Counted from the first letter of the stretch, positions 47,543 through 59,997 are shown. The stretch is 64,000 nt of DNA from Pseudomonadota bacterium (GCA_049323435.1 JBMOMX010000035.1:10357-74356); one strand, 5' to 3'. Notes: generated by a model not told the origin, from the sequence alone. Numbers and translations: made by a program.

Positions 47543-48697
47543 ATGTTCTTCAAGGGAGTCATCTCCGCCGACAGCCATATTGTCGAGCCGCCAAATTGTT
47601 ATGTGGACTTTATTGACCCGAAATTCCGGGCCGATGCGCCGCGCGTGGAACGTCTGCCCAATGGCACCGACACCTATGTCATCCGGGATATGAAACGCAC
47701 CATTCCGATGGGCTTTCTTGACGGCGCCGGCATGAAGGTGGCCGAGCGCAAGAAACATGCCGAAAATATCAGGTTTGAAGATATCCGCGTTGGCGGTTAT
47801 GACGCCAAGGCGCGCCTGGTGGATATGGACCGCGAAGGCACCGCAGCGGAAATCATCTATGCCTCGGTGGGCATGGTGCTGTGCACGCATCCTGATCCGG
47901 TTTACAAGGATGCGTCGTTCAAAGCCTATAATCGCTGGCTGCAAAGTTTCTGCGAAGGCGCGCCCAACCGTTTGTTCGGCCTTGCGCAAACCGCCATCCT
48001 GTCGGTGGACAGCGCGATCGAGGATTTCCGCCGCGCCAAGGAAATGGGCTTTGTCGGCATTATGATGCCGGGCAATCCCGTGAATGGCGAATATGACCAG
48101 CCGCAATATGATGCATTGTGGGAATGCGCGGTCGATCTGGATCTGCCCATTTGCTTTCACATTCTGACCGCCAAGGGCGATGGCGTTGACGAAGCGCTTC
48201 GCGGCAAGCGCGGCCATCCGCTGAACGGCTTTATGGGCATTATCCGCGCTGTGCAGGATGTCATGGGCATGATGGTGCTGGGCGGCGTGTTCGAACGCCA
48301 TCCCAAGCTGAAGCTGGTCACCGCCGAGGGTGATGCGGGCTGGATGCCGCATTATATGTATCGCATGGACCATGCGGCGCACACGGCGGCGGATGACGGC
48401 ATTATCAAAGGGCTGAGCAAACTGCCCAGCGAATATATTAAATCCAATGTCTATATGACGTTCCAGGATGATTATACCGCATTCCGCAATGCCGATCAGA
48501 GCAACTATAAGCAGTTGCTATGGGCGAATGATTATCCGCATACGGATTCAACCTGGCCGAATTCGCAGGCGCTGCTGGCCAAGCATGCCAGCAATCTTGC
48601 GCCGGATCTGGTGCGCGCCATCGTCAGGGAAAACACCGCCAATCTGTTCAATCTGCCGCTTGATAAAATCCCCGCCATGCAGATGGCGGCTGAATAG
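47543..48697 (+). CDS. Amidohydrolase family protein (PF04909 type), paralogue 3
   Basis: MFFKGVISADSHIVEPPNCYVDFIDPKFRAD.... GGAG lies 8 nt upstream. Another in-frame ATG exists at 47531. Confidence 0.85.
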   Translation: MFFKGVISADSHIVEPPNCYVDFIDPKFRADAPRVERLPNGTDTYVIRDMKRTIPMGFLDGAGMKVAERKKHAENIRFEDIRVGGYDAKARLVDMDREGTAAEIIYASVGMVLCTHPDPVYKDASFKAYNRWLQSFCEGAPNRLFGLAQTAILSVDSAIEDFRRAKEMGFVGIMMPGNPVNGEYDQPQYDALWECAVDLDLPICFHILTAKGDGVDEALRGKRGHPLNGFMGIIRAVQDVMGMMVLGGVFERHPKLKLVTAEGDAGWMPHYMYRMDHAAHTAADDGIIKGLSKLPSEYIKSNVYMTFQDDYTAFRNADQSNYKQLLWANDYPHTDSTWPNSQALLAKHASNLAPDLVRAIVRENTANLFNLPLDKIPAMQMAAE

Positions 48698-48704
48698 ACC
48701 GCGC

Positions 48705-49324
48705 TTGTTGCCGGATTTTTCCCGCGAACATGCGTTTTACGCCCTTCACCCCGGCGGAATTGCCGCCGGGGTTGATGAGGCCGGGCGCGGGCCCTGGGCG
48801 GGGCCGGTTGTCGCCGCCGCCGTCATTCTCGATCCGCGCAACATTCCCAGCGGACTGGATGATTCCAAAAAACTTTCCGCTTTGAAACGCGCCGCGCTGT
48901 ATGCGCAACTGCAGCGCTGTGCGCAGATTGGCGTGGGCAGCGCCAGTGTAGCAGAGATTGATGCGCTGAACATACTGCGCGCCAGCCTTCTGGCGATGCA
49001 GCGGGCGGTAGCCTGCCTGCCGGTGGCGCCCACATTTGCGCTGGTGGATGGCAACCGGGCGCCTGGGCTTTCCTGTCCGGTTGAAACCATGATCGCAGGC
49101 GATGCGCGCTGCCTTTCCATCGCCGCGGCGTCCATCATCGCCAAGGTAACGCGCGATGCGATCATGAATGATCTGGATACGGAATTTCCGGGATTTGGAT
49201 GGAAAACCAATCAGGGCTATGGAACCAGAGCGCATCAAAGCGCGCTTAGCCGTCTCGGCGTAACACCACATCATCGGCGCAGCTTCAAGCCGGTACACAA
49301 GATGTTGTGTGCGAACGGCAGCGT

Positions 49325-49334
<10 letters not shown>
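48705..49334 (+). CDS. rnhB: Ribonuclease HII
   Basis: GVDEAGRGPWAGPVVAAAVILDP and DDSKKLS motifs. The ORF as listed opens inside the previous gene. The first plausible starts after its stop are TTG codons at 48705 or 48708, so the start is uncertain. Confidence 0.82.
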
Positions 49335-51310
<1,976 letters not shown>

Positions 51311-51314
<4 letters not shown>

Positions 51315-52372
51315 CTGTCCGGCTCCTTTACGCAGGCATGCACATGCGCCGCAACTTTGCGCATCAGGCTTGGCAGGGCATATTCGCCAAGCCTGGCGGG
51401 CTGCACCCAGATTCCGTCTATGGGTGATGCGCGCGTGCATTCACCCGTATATACGCCAAGCGTCAGTTTGAAATGTGTGAAGGCGTGGCGCACCGTTCCG
51501 GGCAGTGCGCGCCAGGCGCATCCGGCTGGCGCATATGGCGCCAGATCCGGCATTTTATCGCCCCAGGGGGTGCCTGGAAATTCCATCATGCCGCCCAGCA
51601 GACCCTTTTCAGGCCGCCGCCGCAGCAGTACCGCGCCATCCCGGCGGGTCAGCCAGAACACCGCCCCAACATGCGACGGTACCGGCTGCTTGCGCGCTTT
51701 TACGGGCAGTTGTCCCGCAATGCCCTGACTGTGCGCGGCGCAGGCGGCCTGCCAGGGGCAGCGCGGACAATCGGGGCTGCGCGGTGTGCACAGCGTCGCG
51801 CCCAGATCCATCATGGCCTGCGCCATATCGCCCGGCCGCGCGCATGCGATCAGCCCAAGGCTCAGCGTGCGCAGCGCCGGTTTCGCGCCCGGCAGCGGTT
51901 GCGTTATCGCATGGAGGCGCGACAGAACCCGCTCAATATTGCCATCCAGCACCGGGCTTGCGGTGTCAAAGGCAATGGCCGCAATGGCTGCGGCGGTATA
52001 GGGGCCGATCCCCGGCAGTTTTTGCAACAGCGCCGGATCAGCGGGAAATTCGCCTTTCATCTCTGTACTGATAATTTTTGCGCAGCGATGCAGATTGCGG
52101 GCGCGCGCGTAATAGCCAAGGCCCGCCCACGCCGTCAGCACCGCATCCGGTTCCGCCCCGGCCAGGGCCTGCACGTCCGGCCAGCGCGCCGTAAAATTGT
52201 TGAAATAATCAATGACCGCCGCCGTGCCGGTCTGCTGCAACATGATTTCGCTCAGCCACACAGAGTAGGGATCGGCGCTTTCGCCCGGTCCGGCGCGCCA
52301 GGGAAACACTCTGCGATGCCGGTCATACCAGTCCAGCAATAGATCGGAAAGCTGCCGCGCGCTGTGCCGCAC
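51311..52372 (-). CDS. mutY: A/G-specific adenine DNA glycosylase
   Basis: HhH-GPD core, a 4Fe-4S cluster motif (C-x6-C-x2-C-x5-C, CTPRSPDCPRCPWQAAC) and a C-terminal NUDIX-like domain. Confidence 0.88.
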
Positions 52373-52381
52373 CCTCAGACT

Positions 52382-53290
52382 TCACTTTTGCATGGGATGA
52401 AAGATGACATTGATAAATACTTCGTTTACGGGCAGCATATCGGCATGCAGTTGCGGCCCTGTCCTGCCTGCTTCCAGCGCATGACAGCGATAACCTTGAT
52501 CCGCCATCCAGCGCACATAATCGCCCGCGGAAAAACCGGAAATTTTTGGCAGCAGTGAAAAATTCATTTCCGAAAGAATGACCGGGCGTGATTGCGCCAG
52601 CGTAGCGGCCGCGCCGCGCAGCGCCAGGCCTTCGGCGCCTTCAATATCCATCTTGATCACATCCACCTTGCGGCCGGCAACAAGACTGTCCAGCGTTTTC
52701 ACCTCAACTTCCTCGACGCTGAAACCGCTGTCGCGAAATTCCTGCTGCATTTCACTGGTGGGCAGGCTCCAGGTGCCGCCGGGATTGCCCGCATCATTGT
52801 CCCAGCCAATGCTGAATCGTCCGGCTTCAGTCCCCACGGCGCAATGATGCACTTCGGCGCGGTCTGAAAACCCGTTCGCCTCAAACAGCGAGCGCGCGAG
52901 ATAGCGCCCCGTCCGGGCGCGCGGTTCAATAGCAATGACCCGGCCGCCGGGGCCAACCGCGCGCGCGGCCTGCACCGCGAACCAGCCAATATTGGCCCCG
53001 ATATCAACGAATGTGTCCCCTGCCTTCACGCTGTTCAGTATGAAGGCGGTTTCGTCTTTTTCATAATGGCCCGACAGGCAGCCGAGCGAAACGCCGCTAT
53101 CACCCAGATCAATCCATAGCGCCAGCCCGCCGGGCATCTCGAACATCACCCAGCTATCAGGTGCAAAACCCGGCCGCGCCAGGCCCCCCGGAGCGGCCTC
53201 CGGTTGGGATAATGCCCCGCCCAGCCATGAACGGCGCACCAGTTGCGCGTCAAATTTTTTGAGCAGTTTTTCATTCAGCAGCGCAAACAT
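52382..53290 (-). CDS. FkbM family methyltransferase
   Basis: DIGANIGWFAV... is the SAM-binding motif of the FkbM family. The ORF extends to 53434, but 53290 is the likelier start. Confidence 0.72.
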   Translation of the reverse strand: MFALLNEKLLKKFDAQLVRRSWLGGALSQPEAAPGGLARPGFAPDSWVMFEMPGGLALWIDLGDSGVSLGCLSGHYEKDETAFILNSVKAGDTFVDIGANIGWFAVQAARAVGPGGRVIAIEPRARTGRYLARSLFEANGFSDRAEVHHCAVGTEAGRFSIGWDNDAGNPGGTWSLPTSEMQQEFRDSGFSVEEVEVKTLDSLVAGRKVDVIKMDIEGAEGLALRGAAATLAQSRPVILSEMNFSLLPKISGFSAGDYVRWMADQGYRCHALEAGRTGPQLHADMLPVNEVFINVIFHPMQK

Positions 53291-53411
53291 GGAATTAGAC
53301 ACGGGAAATCCTTCTACTAAACCGCCAGGAAAAGAACTGGCCCATCCACCATATAAAGGGCACATTTCAGTGCCGGAATACAGGCTGGCATCGCAACAGA
53401 GAGACCTAATG

Positions 53412-53915
53412 GTTGACAGCCCCAAACGCAACAAGCCAGCGCCGCGCCGCTATGGGCTTCGCCACCTTGCCAGCGCCGCCGACAGTGTGACCCGGCCGGC
53501 ATTTGGACGGCGCGGCTTCGCCCTTGGGGCATTGCTGTCGCAATGGCCGCAGATTGCAGGCGAACGGCTTAGTGAAAATTGTCAGCCCGAAAAACTGCAT
53601 TTCCCGCAGGGCAAGGGCGATGGCGGCACGCTGTGGGTGCGCGCAGATGGCGCCGCCGCATTGGAGTTGCAGCATATGCAGCCCGTTCTGATCGCAAGAA
53701 TCAATACGCTGTGCGGCTTTCGCGCCGTGGCTGCGCTGCGCATTGTGCAGGGGCCCATTCCCGCCCGTATCCGTCAGCCAGACCCGCCCAGACCCCTGCG
53801 TCCAGCGGAAAGCCTGGCCATTGATCAGGAGACCGCCATCATTACGGACCCGGAATTAAAGGCGGCGCTGACCCGGCTTGGGCAGGGTATTTACCGCCGT
53901 AAAAAGCCTTGTTGA
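53412..53915 (+). CDS. dciA: DUF721 / DciA-like protein (replicative helicase loader)
   Basis: The conserved alphaproteobacterial block mutY-DUF721-dsbA-smc is present. The sequence PAFGRRGFALGALLSQWPQIAGERLSENCQPEKL... fits the DUF721 core. Confidence 0.68.
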   Translation, partial: VDSPKRNKPAPRRYGLRHLASAADSVTRPAFGRRGFALGALLSQWPQIAGERLSENCQPEKLHFPQGKGDGGTLWVRADGAAALELQHMQPVLIARINTLCGFRAVAALRIVQGPIPARIRQPDPPRPLRPAESLAIDQETAIITDPELKAALTRLGQGIYRRKKPC

Positions 53916-53967
53916 GTCGGGTCAAAGCACCGTATAGTTCACCAGATATTGTAGTGGGAGGTCCATT

Positions 53968-54621
53968 TTGTTGCAATTAACGCGATATTTTGTAGGTATG
54001 CTCGGCCTTCTGGTGCTGGCGGCAGGGCTTGGCCTTTCCGGCGGCACGCGCCTGATGGCGGCGGAAGAACCGGCGGCAGCAGCGCCGCAAGGCAAGCCCT
54101 TCACCGGTGAAATTGTGCTCGGCAAGGCCGATGCGCCGGTGACGATCATCGAATATGCCTCAATGACCTGCCCGCATTGCGCAGCGTTCCATCTGGAAGT
54201 CCTGCCCGCGTTGAAGGAAAAATATATTGATACCGGCAAGGTCAAGCTGATGTTCCGCGAATTTCCGCTGGATGGGGTGGCGTTGCGGGCCTCCATGATG
54301 GCGCGCTGCGCTGGCGAGGCGAAGGCCTATCCCATGATTGATATATTGTTCAAGCAGCAGAAAATCTGGGCCACTTCTGAAGACCCTATCGGGGCATTAA
54401 GCCGGATCGCAAAACTGGGCGGCATGAGCCAGGGCACTTTTGACGCCTGTCTGGCCGACGAGACACTGATGAAGCAGCTTGTCCAAAGCCGCCAGGAGGG
54501 CGCGGACAAATTCGATATTAAAGGTACGCCCAGCTTTATCATTGATGGCAAGACCTATGACGGGGACACGGAAATCGAAGAGTTTGACGCGATTTTGCAA
54601 CCCTTGCTGAACGGCGCTTAA
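53968..54621 (+). CDS. dsbA: DsbA-family thiol:disulfide oxidoreductase
   Basis: Signal peptide and an active site CPHC in a thioredoxin fold. Confidence 0.82.
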   Translation: MLQLTRYFVGMLGLLVLAAGLGLSGGTRLMAAEEPAAAAPQGKPFTGEIVLGKADAPVTIIEYASMTCPHCAAFHLEVLPALKEKYIDTGKVKLMFREFPLDGVALRASMMARCAGEAKAYPMIDILFKQQKIWATSEDPIGALSRIAKLGGMSQGTFDACLADETLMKQLVQSRQEGADKFDIKGTPSFIIDGKTYDGDTEIEEFDAILQPLLNGA

Positions 54622-54645
54622 CCTAGCAGAGACAGGAACATTCCC

Positions 54646-57600
54646 GTGCGATTTACCCGGCTTCGCCTATCGGGCTTCAAAAGCTTCGTCGAACCAGTGG
54701 AATTGCGAATCGAGCCTGGGCTGACCGGCATTGTCGGCCCCAATGGCTGCGGCAAATCCAATCTGGTAGAGGCGCTGGGCTGGGTCATGGGCGAAGGCTC
54801 GGCCAAGCAGATGCGCGCCAGCGGCATGGATGATGTGATTTTCGCTGGCAGCGCCGGGCGCCCGGCCCGCAATATGGCCGAAGTAGGACTGGTCGTTGAT
54901 AATAGCAGCCGCACCGCCCCGGCCCATCTGAATGACGCTGATCAGCTTGAAATCACCCGGCGCATTGAACGCGAGGCGGGCTCCATCTACCGTATCAATG
55001 GCCGGGATGCGCGCCAGCGCGATGTCGCGCTGCTGTTCGCCGATGCGGCCAGCGGGCCGCGCTCCACCGCGATTGTCCGGCAGGGCCGCGTTGGCGCGCT
55101 GATCAATGCCAAGCCCAAGGAACGCCGCGCCATTCTGGAAGAAGCCGCCGGCATCAGCGGGTTGCATTCACGCCGCCACGAAGCGGAACTGCGTCTGCGC
55201 GCGGCCGAAACCAATTTGACCCGCCTCGATGACATTATGACGCAGCTTGAAACCCAGATCGCCGCGCTGAAACGCCAGGCGCGCCAGGCGTCACGCTATC
55301 GCAATCTGTCGGAACATATCCGCCACGGCGAAGCCCTGCTGTTTCATCTGCGCTGGCAGGAGACCGAACAGGCGGTGTCGCTGGCTGCTGAATTGCTGGA
55401 ACAGGCCGAAGCGCGGGTTGTGGACGCCACCACCGCTGCTGCCGCCGCCGCGACGGCGCAATTGGAGGCCGCCGAAGCCGTGCCGCCGCTGCGCCAGATC
55501 GAAGCCGAGGCCGCCGCTGCGCTGCACCGTCTGTCAGTGGCGCGCGACAGTCTGGAGGCCGAAAGCGCGCGCATCGCGCAACAAACCCAGCGCAGCGAAG
55601 CCAATTTATCGCAGGTCCAGCTCGATCAGTTGCGCGAAGGCGCGCATGTCAGCGACTCGGATCACGCCCTGCAACAGCTTGGTCAGGAACGCCAGGATCT
55701 CGAAGCCGCCGAGGCGGAGCAACATGGCCGGGGCGGCACGCTGCGCGATGAGGTGGCGCACGCCGCTGCCGCGCTGAAAACCAGCGAAGCGGCGCTGGAT
55801 AGTGCCACACGCCGGCTGTCCGATCTGATCGCCCAGCGCGAAAGCCTGAACCGCGAGATAAGCCAGACCCGGCAGCGTTTTGACCGGCTGGTCCAGCAAT
55901 TGACCGCCATCACGCAGGAGCGCACCCGGTTGCAGGCTGAAATGCCCGCTGCTGAATTGACGGCGGAAATGGAACAGCGCACCCTTGAGGCCCGCCAGGC
56001 GGTTGTTGCGGGCCGCGAGGCCGTAAGCCTTGCGGAAATCCGGCGCGAGGAAACCCAGAAGACCGAAGCCGCGCTGCGCGAAATATATCAATCCGCCCGC
56101 ACCGCAACCAGCGGGCTGGCGGCGGAAGAAAAAGCCCTGAGCGAGGTGCTGAATGATCGCGGCGGCGATCTGTGGCCGCCGCTGGTGGATGCGCTGCGTG
56201 TGGCGCCGGGATATGAAACCGCCCTTGGCGCGGCGCTGGGCGATGATCTGGAATATCCCAGCGATGACGCAGCCCCGGTGCATTGGGCGCTGCTGGCGGG
56301 CGATGGCCCATTGCCGCCACTGCCCGCAGGCGCCCAGCCGCTGGACCGCTATGTAACCGGTGCGCCCGCTTTGGCGCGCCGCCTGTCACAGATCGGCGTG
56401 GTGGCTGCATCGGATGGCATTTTTCTGCGTGCGCAGCTTAAACCCGGTCAGCGTCTGGTCAGCCTTGAGGGCGCGCTCTGGCGCTGGGATGGCTTTACCG
56501 CCGCCGCCGATGCGCCCACCGCCGCCGCAAGACGGCTGGAAATGCGCAACCGGCTGGGCGATGTTACGCTGCGCCGTCAACAGGCGGACGCACAATTACA
56601 AAGCGCGCGTGAGGCTTTCGAACAGGCCTCACATGCCGCTGCCACGGCGCGCAGCACTGAGGCGGATAGCCGCCGCTATGTCCGGCAAAAGGAAGAAGCG
56701 CTTTCCCAGATGCTGGATGCGCAGGCGAAAGCCGAACGCGAACTGCTTAACCGCACCGCCCGCCTGGCCGCTCTGGTCGAAGCGCAGGCGCGCATCGAAA
56801 ATGAATGCGCCGAGGCTGACCGGCACAGCCGGGAAACCGCCCAGGCGCGCGATATGCTGGAACCCGAAGAACAGCCCCGTGCCGTGGTGGCGGGCTTGCG
56901 CATCGAGGTTGATCTTGGACGTTCTTTATTGAGCCAGGCGCATGGCGCGCTGGATGCTTTTACGCGCGAGGCCAGTGCGCGTGCGCAGCGCCTTCAGGTC
57001 ATTGCGCGCGATCATGGCGCCTGGGCCACGCGCAAGCAGGCGGCGGCCCAGCAGCTGGAGGTTCTGGCCGCACGCGAAGCCGAGCTGAACACAGAGCTGG
57101 AAAATCTGCGCGCCCAGCCGCATGAAATTGAACAGCGGATGCAATCCCTGCTCAGCGAAATTGCCGGCGCGAGCCAGCGCCGCGATCAGGCGGCAGTCAG
57201 CCTTGCAGAGGCCGAAGCCTTACAGAGTGCACAGGACAAGGCGGCCCGCGCCGCACAAAATCATCTGGGTGAAATGCGCGAGGCGCGGGTGCGGCTCGAA
57301 GCAGCGGCGGGCGCCGCGCTGGAGCGCGCAAAGGATCTGGCGGATCAAATTCAGGAGCGGCTGGAATGCGGGCCGCAAGACTGTCTGCGTCTGGCCAATC
57401 ATGAGGATGGCGCGGCGCTGCCGGACATGGACACGGTCGAGCGCAATCTGGCGCGCTTCAAGCGCGAACGCGAGAATATGGGCGCGGTCAATCTGCGCGC
57501 CGAGGAAGAATCGCGCGAACTGAAGGAACGCCTGGAAGGCATGACCCGTGAACGCGCCGATCTCGAAGCCGCCATCGCGCGCCTGCGCCAGGCGATTGGC

Positions 57601-58104
57601 AGCCTGAACCGCGAAGGCCGCGAACGGCTGCTGAAAGCCTTCACCATCGTCAACGAACATTTCGCGCGCCTGTTCGTGCATTTATTTGGCGGCGGCAATG
57701 CGCGGCTGGAATTGATCGAATCCGACGATCCGCTGGAAGCGGGCCTGGAAATTCTGGCCAGCCCGCCCGGCAAGCGCCTGCAATCCATGGGCCTGATGTC
57801 GGGCGGTGAACAGGCGCTGACGGCGATGGCGCTGATTTTTGCGGTGTTCCTGACCAATCCGTCGCCCTTGTGCGTGCTGGACGAAGTGGACGCGCCGCTC
57901 GATGACGCCAATGTGGAGCGGTTCTGCAATCTGCTTGATGAAATGACCCGCTCGACCGAAACCCGGTTTCTGGTCATCACGCATAATTCCGTCACCATGT
58001 CGCGCATGGACCGCCTGTTCGGCGTCACCATGGCCGAACGCGGCGTCAGCCAGCTTGTCTCCGTCGATCTCGAACGCGCCGAAAAACTCCGCGCCGTGGG
58101 GTGA
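54646..58104 (+). CDS. smc: Chromosome partition protein SMC
   Basis: 1152 aa with an N-terminal Walker A GPNGCGKSN, long coiled coils, a hinge, and the C-terminal signature LSGGEQALTAMAL with Walker B. Confidence 0.93.
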   Translation: MRFTRLRLSGFKSFVEPVELRIEPGLTGIVGPNGCGKSNLVEALGWVMGEGSAKQMRASGMDDVIFAGSAGRPARNMAEVGLVVDNSSRTAPAHLNDADQLEITRRIEREAGSIYRINGRDARQRDVALLFADAASGPRSTAIVRQGRVGALINAKPKERRAILEEAAGISGLHSRRHEAELRLRAAETNLTRLDDIMTQLETQIAALKRQARQASRYRNLSEHIRHGEALLFHLRWQETEQAVSLAAELLEQAEARVVDATTAAAAAATAQLEAAEAVPPLRQIEAEAAAALHRLSVARDSLEAESARIAQQTQRSEANLSQVQLDQLREGAHVSDSDHALQQLGQERQDLEAAEAEQHGRGGTLRDEVAHAAAALKTSEAALDSATRRLSDLIAQRESLNREISQTRQRFDRLVQQLTAITQERTRLQAEMPAAELTAEMEQRTLEARQAVVAGREAVSLAEIRREETQKTEAALREIYQSARTATSGLAAEEKALSEVLNDRGGDLWPPLVDALRVAPGYETALGAALGDDLEYPSDDAAPVHWALLAGDGPLPPLPAGAQPLDRYVTGAPALARRLSQIGVVAASDGIFLRAQLKPGQRLVSLEGALWRWDGFTAAADAPTAAARRLEMRNRLGDVTLRRQQADAQLQSAREAFEQASHAAATARSTEADSRRYVRQKEEALSQMLDAQAKAERELLNRTARLAALVEAQARIENECAEADRHSRETAQARDMLEPEEQPRAVVAGLRIEVDLGRSLLSQAHGALDAFTREASARAQRLQVIARDHGAWATRKQAAAQQLEVLAAREAELNTELENLRAQPHEIEQRMQSLLSEIAGASQRRDQAAVSLAEAEALQSAQDKAARAAQNHLGEMREARVRLEAAAGAALERAKDLADQIQERLECGPQDCLRLANHEDGAALPDMDTVERNLARFKRERENMGAVNLRAEEESRELKERLEGMTRERADLEAAIARLRQAIGSLNREGRERLLKAFTIVNEHFARLFVHLFGGGNARLELIESDDPLEAGLEILASPPGKRLQSMGLMSGGEQALTAMALIFAVFLTNPSPLCVLDEVDAPLDDANVERFCNLLDEMTRSTETRFLVITHNSVTMSRMDRLFGVTMAERGVSQLVSVDLERAEKLRAVG

Positions 58105-58117
58105 GGGTGGGGGAATA

Positions 58118-59482
58118 TTGGCTGATAAATCACAACGCCTGCGTGACCCCATCCATGGCCTGATTATCTTTGATAGAGATAATGAAATTGATATGTTGGC
58201 ATGGCGTCTGATTCAGACACCAGAATTCCAGCGATTGCGCAGGATTAAGCAACTTGGACTTTCGGAGTTCGTCTATCCCGGCGCAACACACACCCGATTC
58301 GCCCATTCCATTGGCGTTTATCACAATGCCCGAAAGCTGATGGGGATTGTGAAGAAATCAAAGGGTGAGGGGTTTGATGAGCGCCGCTCAAAGGTTATTT
58401 TAATTGCGGCTTTGCTACATGATATCGGTCACGGACCATTTAGCCACGCCTTTGAGGTGGCACGTGAAGCAATCGCCAAGATGCGCGGCATCGAGGCTGT
58501 TGAGAGGCATGAAAAATTTACAGCTAAATTGATTCTCGCTGAGGATGGTGATCTTCTCCCAATTTTGAATGCTTTCGATGGGGCTCTTGCCAAAGATATT
58601 GCAAAACTGGTTGTCGCCGATGATCCAACTGATATTTATCATGCGGTAGTTTCAAGCTCTTTTGACGCTGACCGTCTCGACTATCTGGTGCGTGACCGCT
58701 ACATGACAGGTGCGTTAACGGGCTCGGTCGATTATGACTGGTTAATGGATAATCTCGAGACTTACGATTTACATGTCCCACAGGACGACGACCCACCACG
58801 TTTAATGCCTACTTTCGTATTTAAGGCGAAAGGCCGACAGGCGGCAGAGGATTTTCTTCTTGCTCGCTATCGGCTCTATACTCAAGTTTATCTCCATAAA
58901 ACTACCCGTGGTTTCGAAAAATTGATTTCGGCCTTGTTCGAGCATGTCGCCAGCGGCGTGCGTCCCCAAGAGTTAGGTCTTGATCCCACTCACCCACTTG
59001 TGAGATTTTTGTCCCAAGATGGCGAATCACTTCAAGATTATCGTCGGCTTGACGATACAGTGATCTGGGGTGCTGTCGAATGCATGACTCAGTGCCAGGA
59101 TGAGCGCGCTAACAGCCTTGCTAAACGGTTGTGGCATAGACAGAATCTAAAAGTATTAGACCTCTCAGTTGCTTACGGGCATGACGAGGAACAAAGACTC
59201 AATGCTGGAAAGCGGGTTGCTAAGCATGTGAGCAGTCAGCTTGGAAAAACTGTCTTTCAGGACGAACCTCGCTATAACCTTTACTCTCGTTCTGGTGCCG
59301 AGGCTGAAAAGGCTCATAAAATGGTGCGCGTGTTAGAGGGTAGTGGTGGTCAACGTGAGATAACCGAATTTGACGACACGATCATTAGCAAGAGATTAAG
59401 GGAAAACACGACTTTGACCAGATATTACTTCTTTTCTGCGGAAGAATGCCGAGACGCTGAGAAGGCCATGAGGGGGAACTAA
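58118..59482 (+). CDS. HD-domain phosphohydrolase, SAMHD1/COG1078-like (putative dNTP triphosphohydrolase)
   Basis: DPIHGLI...FQRLRRIKQLG...HTRFAHSIGV...LLHDIGHGPFSHAFE, and a C-terminal RYRLYTQVYLHK. Its GC is about 48%, against about 62% in the flanks. TTG at 58118 has GGGGG 6 nt upstream. The ORF reaches back to 58055, inside smc. Confidence 0.8.
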   Translation: MADKSQRLRDPIHGLIIFDRDNEIDMLAWRLIQTPEFQRLRRIKQLGLSEFVYPGATHTRFAHSIGVYHNARKLMGIVKKSKGEGFDERRSKVILIAALLHDIGHGPFSHAFEVAREAIAKMRGIEAVERHEKFTAKLILAEDGDLLPILNAFDGALAKDIAKLVVADDPTDIYHAVVSSSFDADRLDYLVRDRYMTGALTGSVDYDWLMDNLETYDLHVPQDDDPPRLMPTFVFKAKGRQAAEDFLLARYRLYTQVYLHKTTRGFEKLISALFEHVASGVRPQELGLDPTHPLVRFLSQDGESLQDYRRLDDTVIWGAVECMTQCQDERANSLAKRLWHRQNLKVLDLSVAYGHDEEQRLNAGKRVAKHVSSQLGKTVFQDEPRYNLYSRSGAEAEKAHKMVRVLEGSGGQREITEFDDTIISKRLRENTTLTRYYFFSAEECRDAEKAMRGN

Positions 59483-59487
59483 AAGCC

Positions 59488-59997
59488 ATGATAGAGAGCG
59501 AAAAGCTGGTGCACACCGTCCTTCAAGCTGCCGAGGGTGAGATCATTGGACGTATTCGGCTACAGAAGATTTTTTATCTTCTGGAACAGCTTGGTTTGGG
59601 GGGCGGGTTCCGTTTTTCTTACCACAATTTCGGCCCTTACTCCGAGGACCTGACCCATGCGCTTTTACTAGCCCGGATATTGGAAAAGACTATCAAAGAA
59701 GAAAAGGTTTCTAACGGATCGGGTTTTTACAGCATATATTCCGTCGTTAAGAAAGATCTCTCCCTCCCAAAAAAAATCGGCAGTCTTCGGGCGGAGGAAA
59801 TAAAAGAGTATATTAGCCGGATGAAGCAAACATCTTCTGTCGAGATAGAATTAGCTGCCACTATCCATTGGCTACGCAAAAAAGAAAAGGTGGGAGACTG
59901 GCGTTCTGAAATCAAAGCTCGCAAAGCCTCAAAAGCCCAGGACGCGGCAATTAGTAAGGCGGAAGAATTACTCAGGGGGCTTGGCCTGGCTGCATGA
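59488..59997 (+). CDS. Hypothetical protein, possibly Panacea-domain (DUF4065) antitoxin-like
   Basis: 169 aa. The RIRLQKIFYLLEQLGL...FRFSYHNFGPYSEDL pattern resembles Panacea domains (LQKLLYxxQ...GPYSxxL). It lies 5 nt after the HD gene and has the same low GC. Confidence 0.55.
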   Translation: MIESEKLVHTVLQAAEGEIIGRIRLQKIFYLLEQLGLGGGFRFSYHNFGPYSEDLTHALLLARILEKTIKEEKVSNGSGFYSIYSVVKKDLSLPKKIGSLRAEEIKEYISRMKQTSSVEIELAATIHWLRKKEKVGDWRSEIKARKASKAQDAAISKAEELLRGLGLAA

